Origin: an uncultured Verrucomicrobiae bacterium
GTDB taxonomy: Bacteria; Verrucomicrobiota; Verrucomicrobiia; Chthoniobacterales; Chthoniobacteraceae
Length of the DNA stretch: 64,000 nt
Assembly: GCA_963769025.1 (NCBI GenBank)
Contig: CAVYKI010000010.1
Location: 320,001-384,000 of the forward strand
Direction: 5' to 3'
In this document: positions 10,944 to 20,660 of the stretch, one piece after another
How positions within the stretch are numbered: position 1 is the first letter of the stretch
Layout of the letters: the number at the start of each line of letters is the position of its first letter
Made by a program: the position numbers and the translations under genes
The notes under the pieces: model-generated
What the model was told of the DNA's origin: nothing
Seen by the model: only the letters and a program-made list of their open reading frames with translations
The model's database searches: none

Positions 10944-11140
10944 CGGGTCGTTGCGCGGATGGCGTTGCGGACTTGTTTCTCATGGTAATGGTGTGCGTCC
11001 TCGCCGTCTTTTCCACTCAAAATCACAGCCCCCGCGAATTTCGGATGCCGGAATTTGCGATGGGATCCCTTCCCTCCCGGGCTGAGCACAAAGCCCGCTG
11101 ACTCCAAATCAGCGACGAGTTGGCGGATCTTGCGAGGCAT
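10940..11140 (-). CDS. hicA: HicA family mRNA interferase toxin
   Basis: L...GF....GKGSHRKFRHP motif. Confidence 0.9.
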   Translation of the reverse strand: MPRKIRQLVADLESAGFVLSPGGKGSHRKFRHPKFAGAVILSGKDGEDAHHYHEKQVRNAIRATTR

Positions 11141-11308
11141 GCACTCTCGCTAGCAATCCGGTCCCCGCATGGCAAGCCGCCCCGCGCCCGATGCCCCTCG
11201 CCGCCCTTCGCCTCGCCTGAGGGAAATGTCCATCTGAGCGCCATCGCGCCCCGTTCGCTATTTCCAAACGATACACAGCCACCCCGCGCGCCATCCCGAT
11301 TGATGTGC

Positions 11309-11977
11309 GTGAACATTACCAAAAGCCTCTTCGCCTCCGCTGCCCTCATGGGCATCTCCTTCATCGCCGCCCCGGCCGCCTTTGCGGATCCCGTGGTGAT
11401 CACGAAAACCGTCACCTCCTCCGGCACCATCAGTGAATTCGGACCCGGCCGCATCGTCATCCGTTCCGAGAGTGAAAAACTGCCGCTCGACTACGCCTTC
11501 ACCAAGACCACCACCTACGTGGACGAGACCGGCGCGCCCGTCTCCGTGGAGACCGTGAAGTCCGGCCTCCCCGTCACCGTCTATTACACCCGCGACGGCG
11601 ACCGCATGATTGCGAGCAAGATCGTCGTCCGCAGGATGGCGCCCCCCGAGGGCGGCCCCATCGTGCAGGAAAAGACGACGACCACCCACACCCACAGCGC
11701 CGGCACCCTCAGCGAGTTCGGACGCGACGCCTTCGAGCTCAGCTCCGCGAATTCCCCCGCCCCGGTCCGCTACGTTTACTCCACGAAGACCGTCTATGTG
11801 GACGAAAACGGCGCGCCTGTCTCCGTCGAGACCGTGAAGTCCGGCCTCCCCGTCACCGTCTATTACACCCGCGACGGCGAGCGGATGAACGCCGTCAAGG
11901 TCATCGTCCACAAGCCCGCCGCTCCCGGGGTGATCATTGAAAAGAAGACCACCACCGTCACCGAGGAAATCAAGTAA
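11309..11977 (+). CDS. Secreted protein with two tandem beta-rich repeat domains
   Basis: Signal peptide; duplicated GT(I/L)SEFG...YVDE.GAPVSVETVKSGLPVTVYYTRDG unit. Confidence 0.8.
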   Translation: MNITKSLFASAALMGISFIAAPAAFADPVVITKTVTSSGTISEFGPGRIVIRSESEKLPLDYAFTKTTTYVDETGAPVSVETVKSGLPVTVYYTRDGDRMIASKIVVRRMAPPEGGPIVQEKTTTTHTHSAGTLSEFGRDAFELSSANSPAPVRYVYSTKTVYVDENGAPVSVETVKSGLPVTVYYTRDGERMNAVKVIVHKPAAPGVIIEKKTTTVTEEIK

Positions 11978-12007
11978 CCCCGTCCCCCCTTTCCCGGCAT
12001 CATCATC

Positions 12008-12241
12008 ATGAAAATCATCGCCTCATCCCTCCTCGCAGCCACTGCGATCCTCACGTTCTCCTCCTGTGAAACCGTCGTCGTGGAGCCCGCCAGGCCCACC
12101 ACGCGGACTACCACCACGGAGGAAACCATCGTCCGTCGCCCCGGCACCACCTACCAGCCTGCCGCCCCGGCCTACCAACCCGCCGCCCCCTACCAACGCC
12201 CCGGCACCATCACGACGGAGACCGAAGTCCGCCGATACTGA
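12008..12241 (+). CDS. Small Thr/Pro-rich lipoprotein
   Basis: Lipobox-like FSSC after a hydrophobic stretch; YQPAAP repeats. Confidence 0.7.
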   Translation: MKIIASSLLAATAILTFSSCETVVVEPARPTTRTTTTEETIVRRPGTTYQPAAPAYQPAAPYQRPGTITTETEVRRY

Positions 12242-12455
12242 TCCCCCTTCCGGCCCCAGTGCCGGACGCCGTTTGCGACAGCACGGTGATGACCCAGGCA
12301 GCCCCTGACGTCGTCCCCGTGCTTCGCTTTGCCTAGGAGGAGTTGCGCCCCGCCAGGCAATCGCCCCAGCGCCCGGCAGGGGCTCAGCATGGAGAAACCG
12401 CCAAGGTGCCAAGGGAACAAAACCGCAGGCCCTCGGGGTCGTTTGTCGATTGCCA

Positions 12456-12500
12456 CTTCCCGACCTTCCCGACCTTACCGACCTTCCCGACCTGTCGGGA
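12456..12500. repeat. 9-bp tandem repeat (CTTCCCGAC x4) ending in a hairpin
   Basis: cttcccgac cttcccgac cttaccgac cttcccgac ct gtcgggaa; downstream of the PIN gene. Confidence 0.7.
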
Positions 12501-12515
12501 AAAAAGCGGAGCGCC

Positions 12516-12923
12516 TTAGCGGGACGAAAATTCCTCAGGCGTAAGCACGGAGATTCCTGCAGGGGTGCCAAAGTCGGCCTTGTTCCGCGTGAGAATCACG
12601 TCCGCGCTGCAAGCCTCTGCTGCGCTCACCTGCAGCGCGTCCTCAAGATCGCGCAAGCCGGAAGCCAGTGCGCGCAGCGCATCCGTGTGCGCCACAGGCG
12701 CGACTTCGAAGGCCGCAGGCAAATCCCGCAAGAACTCAACCGTCTTCTCGCCGCCACGATCCTTTCGCAGGATGTAAAACAGATTCGCCACCGTGTGCCA
12801 GGCGATGCGCAGTTCGCATCCCTCCGCCTCGCACCGCACCAGCGCCCGCTGGCTCCCGTCAAACAACCCCGGGCGCCGCAACGCCACATCCAGAATCACG
12901 TTTGTATCCACCAGCACCCGCAC
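12516..12923 (-). CDS. vapC: PIN-domain (VapC-like) toxin
   Basis: LVDTNVILD, DLEDALQ and ILTRNKADF motifs. Confidence 0.9.
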   Translation of the reverse strand: MRVLVDTNVILDVALRRPGLFDGSQRALVRCEAEGCELRIAWHTVANLFYILRKDRGGEKTVEFLRDLPAAFEVAPVAHTDALRALASGLRDLEDALQVSAAEACSADVILTRNKADFGTPAGISVLTPEEFSSR

Positions 12924-12925
12924 AG

Positions 12926-13165
12926 CTACTTTGCGTGTTTGCCCAGCAGGTAGGCGAGCCGTGCGTCATCGTTCTCCGCTGTCGGCGACGGGAATGAGCC
13001 CGCCCACTTGTCGATGAATGCGCGAACCGATCCACGCGCTGCTCCGGGCATGGTTGTTCCCGGCAGGAGTGTCAGCAGCCCGGTGCCTTTTTCGGGCAAC
13101 GGCTCCGATCCACGCGCAATCACGCGTCCGTGGTCAATTTCGACTTCGAGCGTCACGAAACTCAT
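12926..13165 (-). CDS. Putative antitoxin of the PIN toxin
   Basis: 79 aa, 2 bp upstream of the PIN gene; C-terminal DARLAYLLGKH. Confidence 0.7.
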   Translation of the reverse strand: MSFVTLEVEIDHGRVIARGSEPLPEKGTGLLTLLPGTTMPGAARGSVRAFIDKWAGSFPSPTAENDDARLAYLLGKHAK

Positions 13166-13338
13166 GCAGCCACCCTAGCCACAACGCACCCAAAGACCAG
13201 CATCCAATTCCCGCCCTTTCGTGCCCCGTAACGCGGACGATCGAAGACAGGTCCCAGCCATTCCTGTCCGCGCCCCCACTCCACACCCCTCCGACCCGCG
13301 GGCACGATTGCCTTGCGCCCGTCTTCGGGCTGCCCGCG

Positions 13339-13860
13339 CTACACCGCCAGCGCCCGCGCCACCCGGCGCGCCGTGCGCGGCCAGTGCTTTGCCGCGAGGT
13401 CGTGCTCCCAGATGCGCAGCACCTTCCAGCCCGCCTTGCGCAGCGCGCGCGTCACCGCCCGGTCCCGCTCCGCGTTGCGCGCCAGCTTCGCCTGCCAGAA
13501 TGCCCGGTTCCCCGCCGGCATCGTCCCGTGCCTCGGGCAGCCGTGCCAGAAACACCCGTCCACGAAGACCGCCACGCGCTCCCGGCGGAAAACGAAATCC
13601 ACCGACACGCGGCGGCTGAGTCGGGATTGGAGCGATGAATGTCGGGAATTCTCCTGTCCGCGCTTCGCGCGCGCTTGCTTCCTCTCAACGCTCAACTTCC
13701 CACTCCCCACGGTCGCGCGCAGCGCCACCTGCCTTCTCCACCCGGTGATGCCATGCGCGCGCATCAGCGCGATCATCCGCAACTCCGTCCCCTTGTTCCC
13801 CCGCCCCCGGATCGCCGCCATCACCGCGCTCCGCTTCGCCTGGGTGAAAATATCGGGCAT
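13339..13860 (-). CDS. vsr: Very-short-patch repair endonuclease Vsr with an internal insertion
   Basis: D.FT..KRS.VM..IR, FVDGCFWHGCP, FW..KL.RN..RD and GWKVLRIWEH motifs. Confidence 0.92.
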   Translation of the reverse strand: MPDIFTQAKRSAVMAAIRGRGNKGTELRMIALMRAHGITGWRRQVALRATVGSGKLSVERKQARAKRGQENSRHSSLQSRLSRRVSVDFVFRRERVAVFVDGCFWHGCPRHGTMPAGNRAFWQAKLARNAERDRAVTRALRKAGWKVLRIWEHDLAAKHWPRTARRVARALAV

Positions 13861-13960
13861 ACGGCAACAGTATCAAAGGCGATCCCCAGGGCGAGTTTCT
13901 CCTCACCGACTACAGATCGTGCACAGTCTGCGCGTCCGCTCACTTCGATGGGTGCAACAT

Positions 13961-14355
13961 TTATCTCTGCTTTGGCCGAGGACCGAAGAACCGATCCCCA
14001 TTGAAATGAATCATGTGATCCGGCTCCTGAGCGATCCATACCTCAGTCTCCCAAGCAATCTCGGGCGCAAATTTCCGGAAAGCGTTCCGATCCAAAAATG
14101 CGGTGACGAAAACCACTGGCAGGTCACATTTTGCGCAGAGACCTTGAAGCGTGATAAGTCGTGCCGCTGAGATGGGACCAAAGCTGTGAACCGCCTCAAT
14201 GAAGAACACCCACCCGCGCTTCTCATCCAAAAGGACGATGTCAGGAAGACTTCCAGAAACATCGAGCACAAGCCCGAGTTCACCGAGTCGCTTCTTGTGC
14301 GAAACGATGGTGCGATTATCCGCATCGCCAAGATAAAGGACCTCGGAGTCAGACG
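13961..14355 (-). pseudogene. C-terminal remnant of a BsuBI/PstI-family type II restriction endonuclease, truncated by IS3
   Basis: Frame reads EVLYLGDAD...LPDIVL...FIEAVHSFGPIS...FVTAF...EIAWETEVWIA..PDHMIHFNGDRF and runs into the IS end; GC lower than the host. Confidence 0.85.
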
Positions 14356-14427
14356 TGGCCTGCTCCCCGAGAACTGGTCCAGGTGCTATGAGAGTTGGTG
14401 GCGCGAAAGCGCCGGCGAACTCTCACC

Positions 14428-14706
14428 ATGAAACGCAAACGACACACACCTGAAGAGATCATCAAGAAGCTGCGTGAAGCGGCAACGCTGCTGGCCGGAG
14501 GCCAGTGCGTCGAGGAAGTCTGCAAGAAGCTGGAGGTCAGCCCTCCGACCTACCACCGATGGCGGCAGGAATATGGCGGTGCCAAGGAGGAGACCGTCAA
14601 ACGGCTCAAGGAGCTGGAGAAGGAAAACGCGCGGCTCAAGCGGCTGGTGGCCGACCTGTCGCTGGACAAAGCGATCCTCAAGGAGGTAGCGGAGGGAAAA
14701 TGGTAG
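14428..14706 (+). CDS. IS3 transposase OrfA (HTH plus leucine zipper)
   Basis: MKRKRHTPEEII...RLKELEKENARLKRLVAD. Confidence 0.93.
   Translation: MKRKRHTPEEIIKKLREAATLLAGGQCVEEVCKKLEVSPPTYHRWRQEYGGAKEETVKRLKELEKENARLKRLVADLSLDKAILKEVAEGKW
14694..14700 (+). promoter_or_regulatory. -1 programmed ribosomal frameshift heptamer G GGA AAA
   Basis: X XXY YYZ motif in the OrfA frame at the OrfA/OrfB junction. Confidence 0.75.
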
Positions 14707-15635
14707 GCCCGGAGCGCAAACGAGAAGCCGTGGTGCATGTGCAGCACGAGCTGGAAGTGAGCGAGCGCCGGGCCTGCACCACGATCCGACAGCCACGCAG
14801 CACGCAACGCTACCGTGGTCGCAAGCGCGGCAAGGACGCGGCGCTGGCCGCGGAACTACGACGCATCTCAGCGGCGTATCCGCGTGCAGGTTACCGCATG
14901 GCCGCGGCGCTGCTGCGGCGTGCCGGGATGGAGATCAACGCCAAGCGTGTGCAGCGGCTCTGGCGGCAGGAAGGGCTGCGAGTGCCGCGCCGGCAGCGCA
15001 AACGCCAGCGGCTCGGGAGCAGCGATGGCGGCACGCAGCGTCTGCACGCCGAGCGGGTCAACCATGTCTGGAGCTACGACTTCATCTTTGATGCGACCGA
15101 GGACGGGCGGCGGCTCAAGTGGCTGCCGATTTGCGATGAGTTCAGCCGGGAGCTGGTGGCGCTGGAAGTCGAGCGGCGGATGGAAGCCAAGGATGTGATC
15201 CGCATCCTGGACGAGGCCGTGCTCGCGCGCGGCACGGTGCCGGAATTCATCCGAAGCGACAACGGCCCCGAGTTCATCGCGCAGGCGGTGCAGGACTGGA
15301 TCGCGCGGCGCGGCTTCAAGACGCTCTACATCAAGCCCGGAGCGCCGTGGCAGAACGCCTACAGCGAAAGCTTCAACAGCCGGTTCCGCGACGAGTTTCT
15401 CAACCGAGAAGCCTTCGCGTCCGTGCTGGAGGCAAAAGTGCTCGGCAGGCAGCACCGGCACTGGCACAATGAAGACCGTCCCCATTCCTCGCTGGATGAC
15501 CAGACGCCCGTGGAGTTCGCGCAGCGCAGCCTTGCGGCTGCCTCCGCTACGCTCCGGCAGCCGCAAGGCCGCGCTCCGTCCCCCGAACACCAAACCCACA
15601 ACCAAATACCCGAACCCAAGCAAAAACTCTCATAG
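14700..15635 (+). CDS. IS3 transposase OrfB (DDE integrase core)
   Basis: WSYDF, ICDEFSRE, RSDNGPEF and PWQNAYSESFN motifs. Confidence 0.95.
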   Translation: MVGPERKREAVVHVQHELEVSERRACTTIRQPRSTQRYRGRKRGKDAALAAELRRISAAYPRAGYRMAAALLRRAGMEINAKRVQRLWRQEGLRVPRRQRKRQRLGSSDGGTQRLHAERVNHVWSYDFIFDATEDGRRLKWLPICDEFSRELVALEVERRMEAKDVIRILDEAVLARGTVPEFIRSDNGPEFIAQAVQDWIARRGFKTLYIKPGAPWQNAYSESFNSRFRDEFLNREAFASVLEAKVLGRQHRHWHNEDRPHSSLDDQTPVEFAQRSLAAASATLRQPQGRAPSPEHQTHNQIPEPKQKLS

Positions 15636-15664
15636 CGAGTGGATCAACAATCGGGGGCAGGCCA

Positions 15665-15804
15665 GCATGAACTCGTCGCCGCCGTTGTAGCACTCGCTGA
15701 GATTCAGTCGCTCGTTGGTCGACGGCTTTCTTGCACTCGTGCCAGAGCGAAAGCGCACAGCCGAAAACGGCGGCAGGGTCGGGTTGTTCGGATTCATCAC
15801 TCAT
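15665..15804 (-). pseudogene. N-terminal fragment of an unknown gene truncated by the IS right end
   Basis: MSDESEQPDPAAVFGCALSLWHECKK... runs into the IRR. Confidence 0.45.
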
Positions 15805-15842
15805 CGCTTTCCGATAAGGCTCCGACCCGATATTTTCCTGGA

Positions 15843-16635
15843 ATGTCTTCCGGAAAAAATGGACACGCGACGAGTTGCTCGTTGCGCTCAATCTCTACCA
15901 CAAGCTCACGTTCGGGCAGCTTCATGCGCGGCAGCCGGTGATCATGGCGCTCGCGGAAAAGTTCGGACGCGGCGGGAACAGCGTGGCGATGAAGCTGTGC
16001 AACCTTGCGTCGCTCGACCCAGCGCTGAAGCTACGCGGCATCAAGGGGCTCGCGGGCGCGAGCTGCGCTCGACCGGACGGTTTGGACGGAGTTCCATGCC
16101 GATCTCAATGAGACCGTACCTGCCAGTGAGGACGCGCTGCGGGATTATTTGGGGCGGCGCGGACCACGATCTCGAGGTGCTGCCAAGGGAGGCGTTCGGG
16201 TGCGGAGACTTCCACCGTCCGGCCCGACCGAACGTCCGCCAATGTGAAGCTGCGACGGGGACAGGAGTACTTCCGGGATGCGGTGTTGAATAACTTCGGC
16301 GGCCGGTGCGGGGTCGCGGCCTGGGGGTGCGCGAATTGCTCGTCGCCTCCCATATCCTGCCTTGGGGCACGCATCCCGCGGAGCGATTGAACGTCCGCAA
16401 CGGCCTCAGTCTCTCGCGCCTGCATGATGCGGCCTTCGACCGCGGCCTGATCGGGTTCGATGTCAAGTTTCGGTTGCTCCTTTCGCCGCGCCTCAAGACC
16501 GAACTTTCGCAGCGAGCGGTCACTGAAAACTTCGGCGCTTACGCCGGAGAGGCATTGCAGATTCCTGACGATGCCGTCCTTCCCAGCTCCGCATTTCTTG
16601 CAACGCATTGCGCAACTGTTTTCCGGACGCGGTGA
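15843..16635 (+). pseudogene. HNH endonuclease (putative modification-dependent restriction type), multiply frameshifted
   Basis: WTRDELLVALNLY, SVAMKLCNLASLD, FRDAVLNNFGGRC, ASHILPW and NGLSLSRLHDAAFDRGLI in successive frames; may be assembly errors rather than decay. Confidence 0.8.
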
Positions 16636-16891
16636 TCTCAGTTTTCCGCGTTTCCTACTGAGCAACACCCACCGCTGAAGGCAAAATCCGATCTCCAACT
16701 TCAGTTTTTGCAATCACCCACTCAATCGTGCTGCTACCGGTGCCAGATTCGGTGCTCCAGCCGGCAAAGGCCGCCTTGCCCGGTGTCGTTTTTTGGCCAG
16801 TTTGGGTGTCTGGACGTTGATGTCGGAGAAATCCGCCGTTTTTCCCCGTTTTTCGGGCATTTTAGACGACGGCAGGGCGGTCTGCTACCCC

Positions 16892-17401
16892 AAGAAAACC
16901 GTTCTCCTCCGCACGGGAATCGTTTTCCTCCGGAAGGGAATCGTTTTCCACCGGAAGAGAATCGTCTTCCACCGGAAGAGAACCGTTTTCCACCGGAACG
17001 AAACCGTTCTCCACGGCAAGGGAACCATTTTCCTCCACGACGGAATCGTTCAGTTCCGCGACTGGATCGTTCAGTTCCGCGACTGGATCGTTCGGTTCCG
17101 CGACTGGATCGTTCGGTTCCGCGACTGGATCGTTCGGTTCCGCGACTGGATCGTTCGGTTCCGCGACTGGATCGTTCGGTTCCGCGACTGGATCGTTCAG
17201 TTCCGCGACTGGATCGTTCGGTTCCGCGACTGGATCGTTCGGTTCCGCGACTGGGTCGTTCGGTTCCGCGACTGGATCGTTCGGTTCCGCGACTGGATCG
17301 TTCAGTTCCGCGACTGGGTCGTTCAGTTCCGCGACTGGGTCGTTCAGTTCCATGACTGGATCGTTCAGTTCCGCGACCGGGTTGTTCGGTTCCGCGACTG
17401 C
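16892..17401. repeat. 21-bp tandem array: about 7 degenerate units plus 17 near-identical units (ATCGTTC[A/G]GTTCCGCGACTGG)
   Basis: Homogeneous units 17045-17401; degenerate same-phase units (e.g. GGAATCGTTTTCCACCGGAAG) upstream; no spacers. Confidence 0.95.
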
Positions 17402-17488
17402 GGGGAGGTCGATCGCGGACAGGACCGCATCGCGGACAGGATGGGCTGGCGCCTGTCTCCGGTTGTCCGCGTTACGGGGTTGCGCCGG

Positions 17489-17861
17489 CTATGTCATCGA
17501 GTGCAGGCCGATTGTGTTGCCCTCGGTGTCGGTGACGAGGGCGATGTGGCCGTACTGGCCGATGGCGAACTTCGGCTTCACGACCTTGCCGCCCGCGGCC
17601 TCGACCCGGCCGGCGTCGGTCGCGCAGTCCTCGCAGGAAAAATAGACGAGCGTGCCGCCGCCGCCGGACTGGCAGCCGGGCATGTGGATGAGCGCGCCGG
17701 GTGCGCCGTATTTGCCCATCTCCATGGGAAAGGCGCACATGTTGAAGTCGGTGCCGGGGAGCTTCTCGAGCTTCGTGGCAAAGACGGTCTCGTAGAAGGC
17801 CTGTCGCGCGGGCCATGTCTTGGACGTAGATTTCAAACCAGCCGACGGGATTCATGTTCAT
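17489..17861 (-). CDS. VOC/glyoxalase family protein (frameshift near 17800)
   Basis: NPVGWFEIYVQD...FYE.VF; DTEGNTIGLHS. Confidence 0.88.
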
Positions 17862-17933
17862 GCGGCGAGGTTTGCGCGCCGCGGCAGCGGGGTCAAGCCG
17901 GTGTCCGGTGTCGGCGGACCGGGGATCCGGCGC

Positions 17934-19351
17934 TCAGCGATCGGCGGGCTGCTTGCGTTTCTTTTTCGGCGGCTCGGTTTCGGCGCTGCCGGGGGCGGCG
18001 GGGATGGGGAGGTAGGCGGCGGTTTCGGTGCGCCAGGCGGCGAGGCGCGCGCGCATGGCTGCAAGGCGGGCGGGCTCGGCGGCGGCGAGGTTGTGGCGCT
18101 CGGAGAGGTCGGCGGTGAGGTCGTAGAGTTCGGCGGTGCCTTCCTCGAAGAACTCGATGAGCTTCCATCCGCCCGCGAGCATGGCGCCGCCGGGCGCCCA
18201 CGTGGAGCCGTGGTAGTGCGGGTAGTGCCAGAAGAGCGCTTCGCGCGCGGGCGCGGGTCCGCCGCGGAGGACGGGGGCGATGCTGATGCCGTCGCGGTGC
18301 TGCTCCGGCCTCGCGGGCAGTCCGGCGAGCGCGAGGAGCGTGGGATACATGTCGGTGCTGATGACGGGCGCATCGGTCACGGCGCCGGGCTTCGTGATGC
18401 CGGGGGCGCGGACGATGAGGGGCACGCGGATGCCGCCTTCGTAGAGCCAGCCTTTGCCGGCGCGCAGCGGTTCGTTCGAGGCGGGGCCGGGCTCGGCCTT
18501 TGTCGAGAGGCCGCCGTTGTCGGAGAAAAAGATCACGATCGTGTTTTCGGCGAGGCCGCTTTTGTCGAGCTTCTCCAGGAGGCTGCCGACGAATGCATCC
18601 AGCCCGGCGACCTCGGAGCCATAGGGGGCGTCGTTTTGCACGGTGCGCGTCTGGCCGTCGCGCTCGGTGCGGGGCGCGGGGCCGGGCGGGAGCTTCGCGG
18701 CCTTGTCGCGGAATTTCGCGATGTGGTCGGGATACTCGAGGATGGGCGTGTGCGGCTCGTGGTAGCCGAGGAACATGAAGAAGGGGCGCGCGGCGTCGCG
18801 CTCATCGAGGAACTTCAGCGCCGACTCGGTGAGCCTTTTGCCGACCTGCCAGTCCTTGCCCTTGTTGCCGAGCTGCGCGTCGGGGATCTCGATTTCAAAG
18901 CCCTGGTCTGCGGCCCGAAGCCGCGCCCGCCGAGGTGCCATTTGCCGGAATAGAAGGTCTGGTAGCCGCCTTCCTTCATCGCCTCGCCGATGGTGAATTC
19001 CCCGAGCGCGAGCTCCGTCTTCGTCGGTCGCGTGACGAGCTTGCGGCCGGTGCCCGGCAGCCCGGGGATGTAATCCGTGACGCCGGTGCGCACGGGGTAT
19101 TTGCCCGTCATGATGCTGCTGCGCGTGGGCGAGCACACGGCGCCCGCGGTGTAGGCCTGCGTGAAGCGCACGCCCTGCCGGGCGAGCGCGTCGATGTGCG
19201 GCGTTTCATCGAAAGGCGCGCCGTAGCAGCCGAGGTCGCGCCAGCCGAGATCGTCGGCGAGGATGAAGAGGATGTTCGGCTTTGCGGCCGATGCCGGATC
19301 GGCGAAGCCGAATGCCGCGAGGAGGAGGGCGAGCCGGACGAGCGCTTTCAT
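17934..19351 (-). CDS. Secreted arylsulfatase (formylglycine-dependent), frameshift near 18900
   Basis: KPNILFILADDLG, CSPTRSSIMTG (CxPxR), GKWHLG, SDNGG and YEGGIRVP motifs. Confidence 0.93.
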
Positions 19352-19363
19352 GGATGGCGGGGA

Positions 19364-20426
19364 TCAGTCGAACTTCACGGCCAGCACCCAGCCGGGGCCT
19401 TTGCCGCAGTCGTACGTTTTCAGCGGGGTGAGCGCGCCGGTCTGCGTGTCGCGGCGATAGACGATGAGACGGCCCGAGCCTTCGCCCGCGGAGACGACGA
19501 ACTTTTCACCGCCGGGGACGAGGGCGAAGGAACGCGGCGTCTTTTCCGTCGGCACCTGGCCGTGCGCGGTGATGGCGCCGGTCTTGGCGTCGATTTCAAA
19601 GACCGCGAGGCTGTCGTGCCCGCGGTTCGAGGCATAGACGAAGCGGCCGTCGGCGCTCACGTGGATGTCCGCGCAGGAGCCCTTCGTCTTCCAGTCGTCC
19701 GGCACGGTGGAGACCGTCTGCCGTGCCTTGAGCGTGCCTTTCTCCGCGTCGTAGTCGCAGACGGTGACGCTCTTTCCCTGCTCGTTGACGAAGTAGGCCC
19801 AGCGGCCATTCGGATGGAAGGCGAAGTGCCGCGGCCCCTCGCCTTCGCCGCCGGCGAGATGCGGCGGCGTGTTGGAAGTGAGCGCGCCGGTGACGGCGAT
19901 CGAAGCGGAGCTGCTCGACCTTGTTCAGGTCGCCGACGTGCGGCACGAAGGCGAAGCGGTTCGCCGCGTCGGTCTGGATGCTGTGGGCCTTCGGGCCGGT
20001 GGTGACGGTGGAGACCGGCGCGCCGTCGATGACGCCGTCCTTGATCCGGCTGACCGCCGCGACGCCCTCGCCGTAGGAGGCGGAGAGCAGCCATTTCCCG
20101 GTCTTGTCCACGTGGACGTAGGCCGCATTGATGCCCGCGGGCGCCGTGACCACGTTGGAAAGCAGGCCGGTCTTCGGATCCACGGAGAGCGTGGCGAACT
20201 CCTTTGCGGAACGCACCGCGGCGTAGAGGTGCTTCCGGTCCGGGCTGATGGCGAGGCTCCCCGGCGCGCCCGGGAGATCGATGGCGCCGGTGCGGGTGAG
20301 GTCGCCGGATTGTTCGTCGAGCGTGTAGATGGAGATGCGCTTGTCGCCGCCTTCGGAGACATAGACGACGGTCGGGCCGGCGAAGGCGGCGGCGGTGGAG
20401 AGGACGAGTGCGAGGAGGGTTTTCAT
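19364..20426 (-). CDS. Lactonase family beta-propeller protein (6-phosphogluconolactonase-like), frameshift near 19895
   Basis: KAHSI, GPRHFAFHP and ADIHVS.DGRFVYASNRGHDS motifs. Confidence 0.88.
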
Positions 20427-20660
20427 GGGGTTTGTTTTTTGGGGATTACTTTCGGAGGTCATTCGCGCGGACGGCGAACACGGGAGGAAGCAGGGGCGTG
20501 GGGAGAACGCGGATCATGACCGGGTGGGAATCGGTCAATTCTCCCTGCCTGTCGAGCGGAACAGGCGCGGCACGCCATTCCGTTGCGCGGCCTTCGTGCC
20601 GCCCGCGGTTTCCATTGTGTCTCCCCGCGCGGCTCTTCAGGCTGTGCGTCCATCACTCCC

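Larger units (their letters stand above)
14356..15664 (+). mobile_element. Complete IS3-family insertion sequence (IS407-like), 1309 bp
   Basis: TG...CA ends; IRL TGGCCTGCTCCCCGAGAACTGGTCCAGGTGCTATGAGAGTT matches IRR (reverse complement) TGGCCTGCCCCCGATTGTTGATCCACTCGCTATGAGAGTT. Confidence 0.95.

Noticed and set aside
16892..17401. CRISPR or other guide-RNA array next to the HNH gene
   Set aside because: The units are contiguous with no unique spacers, and no cas genes or other recognisable RNA-guided effector are present
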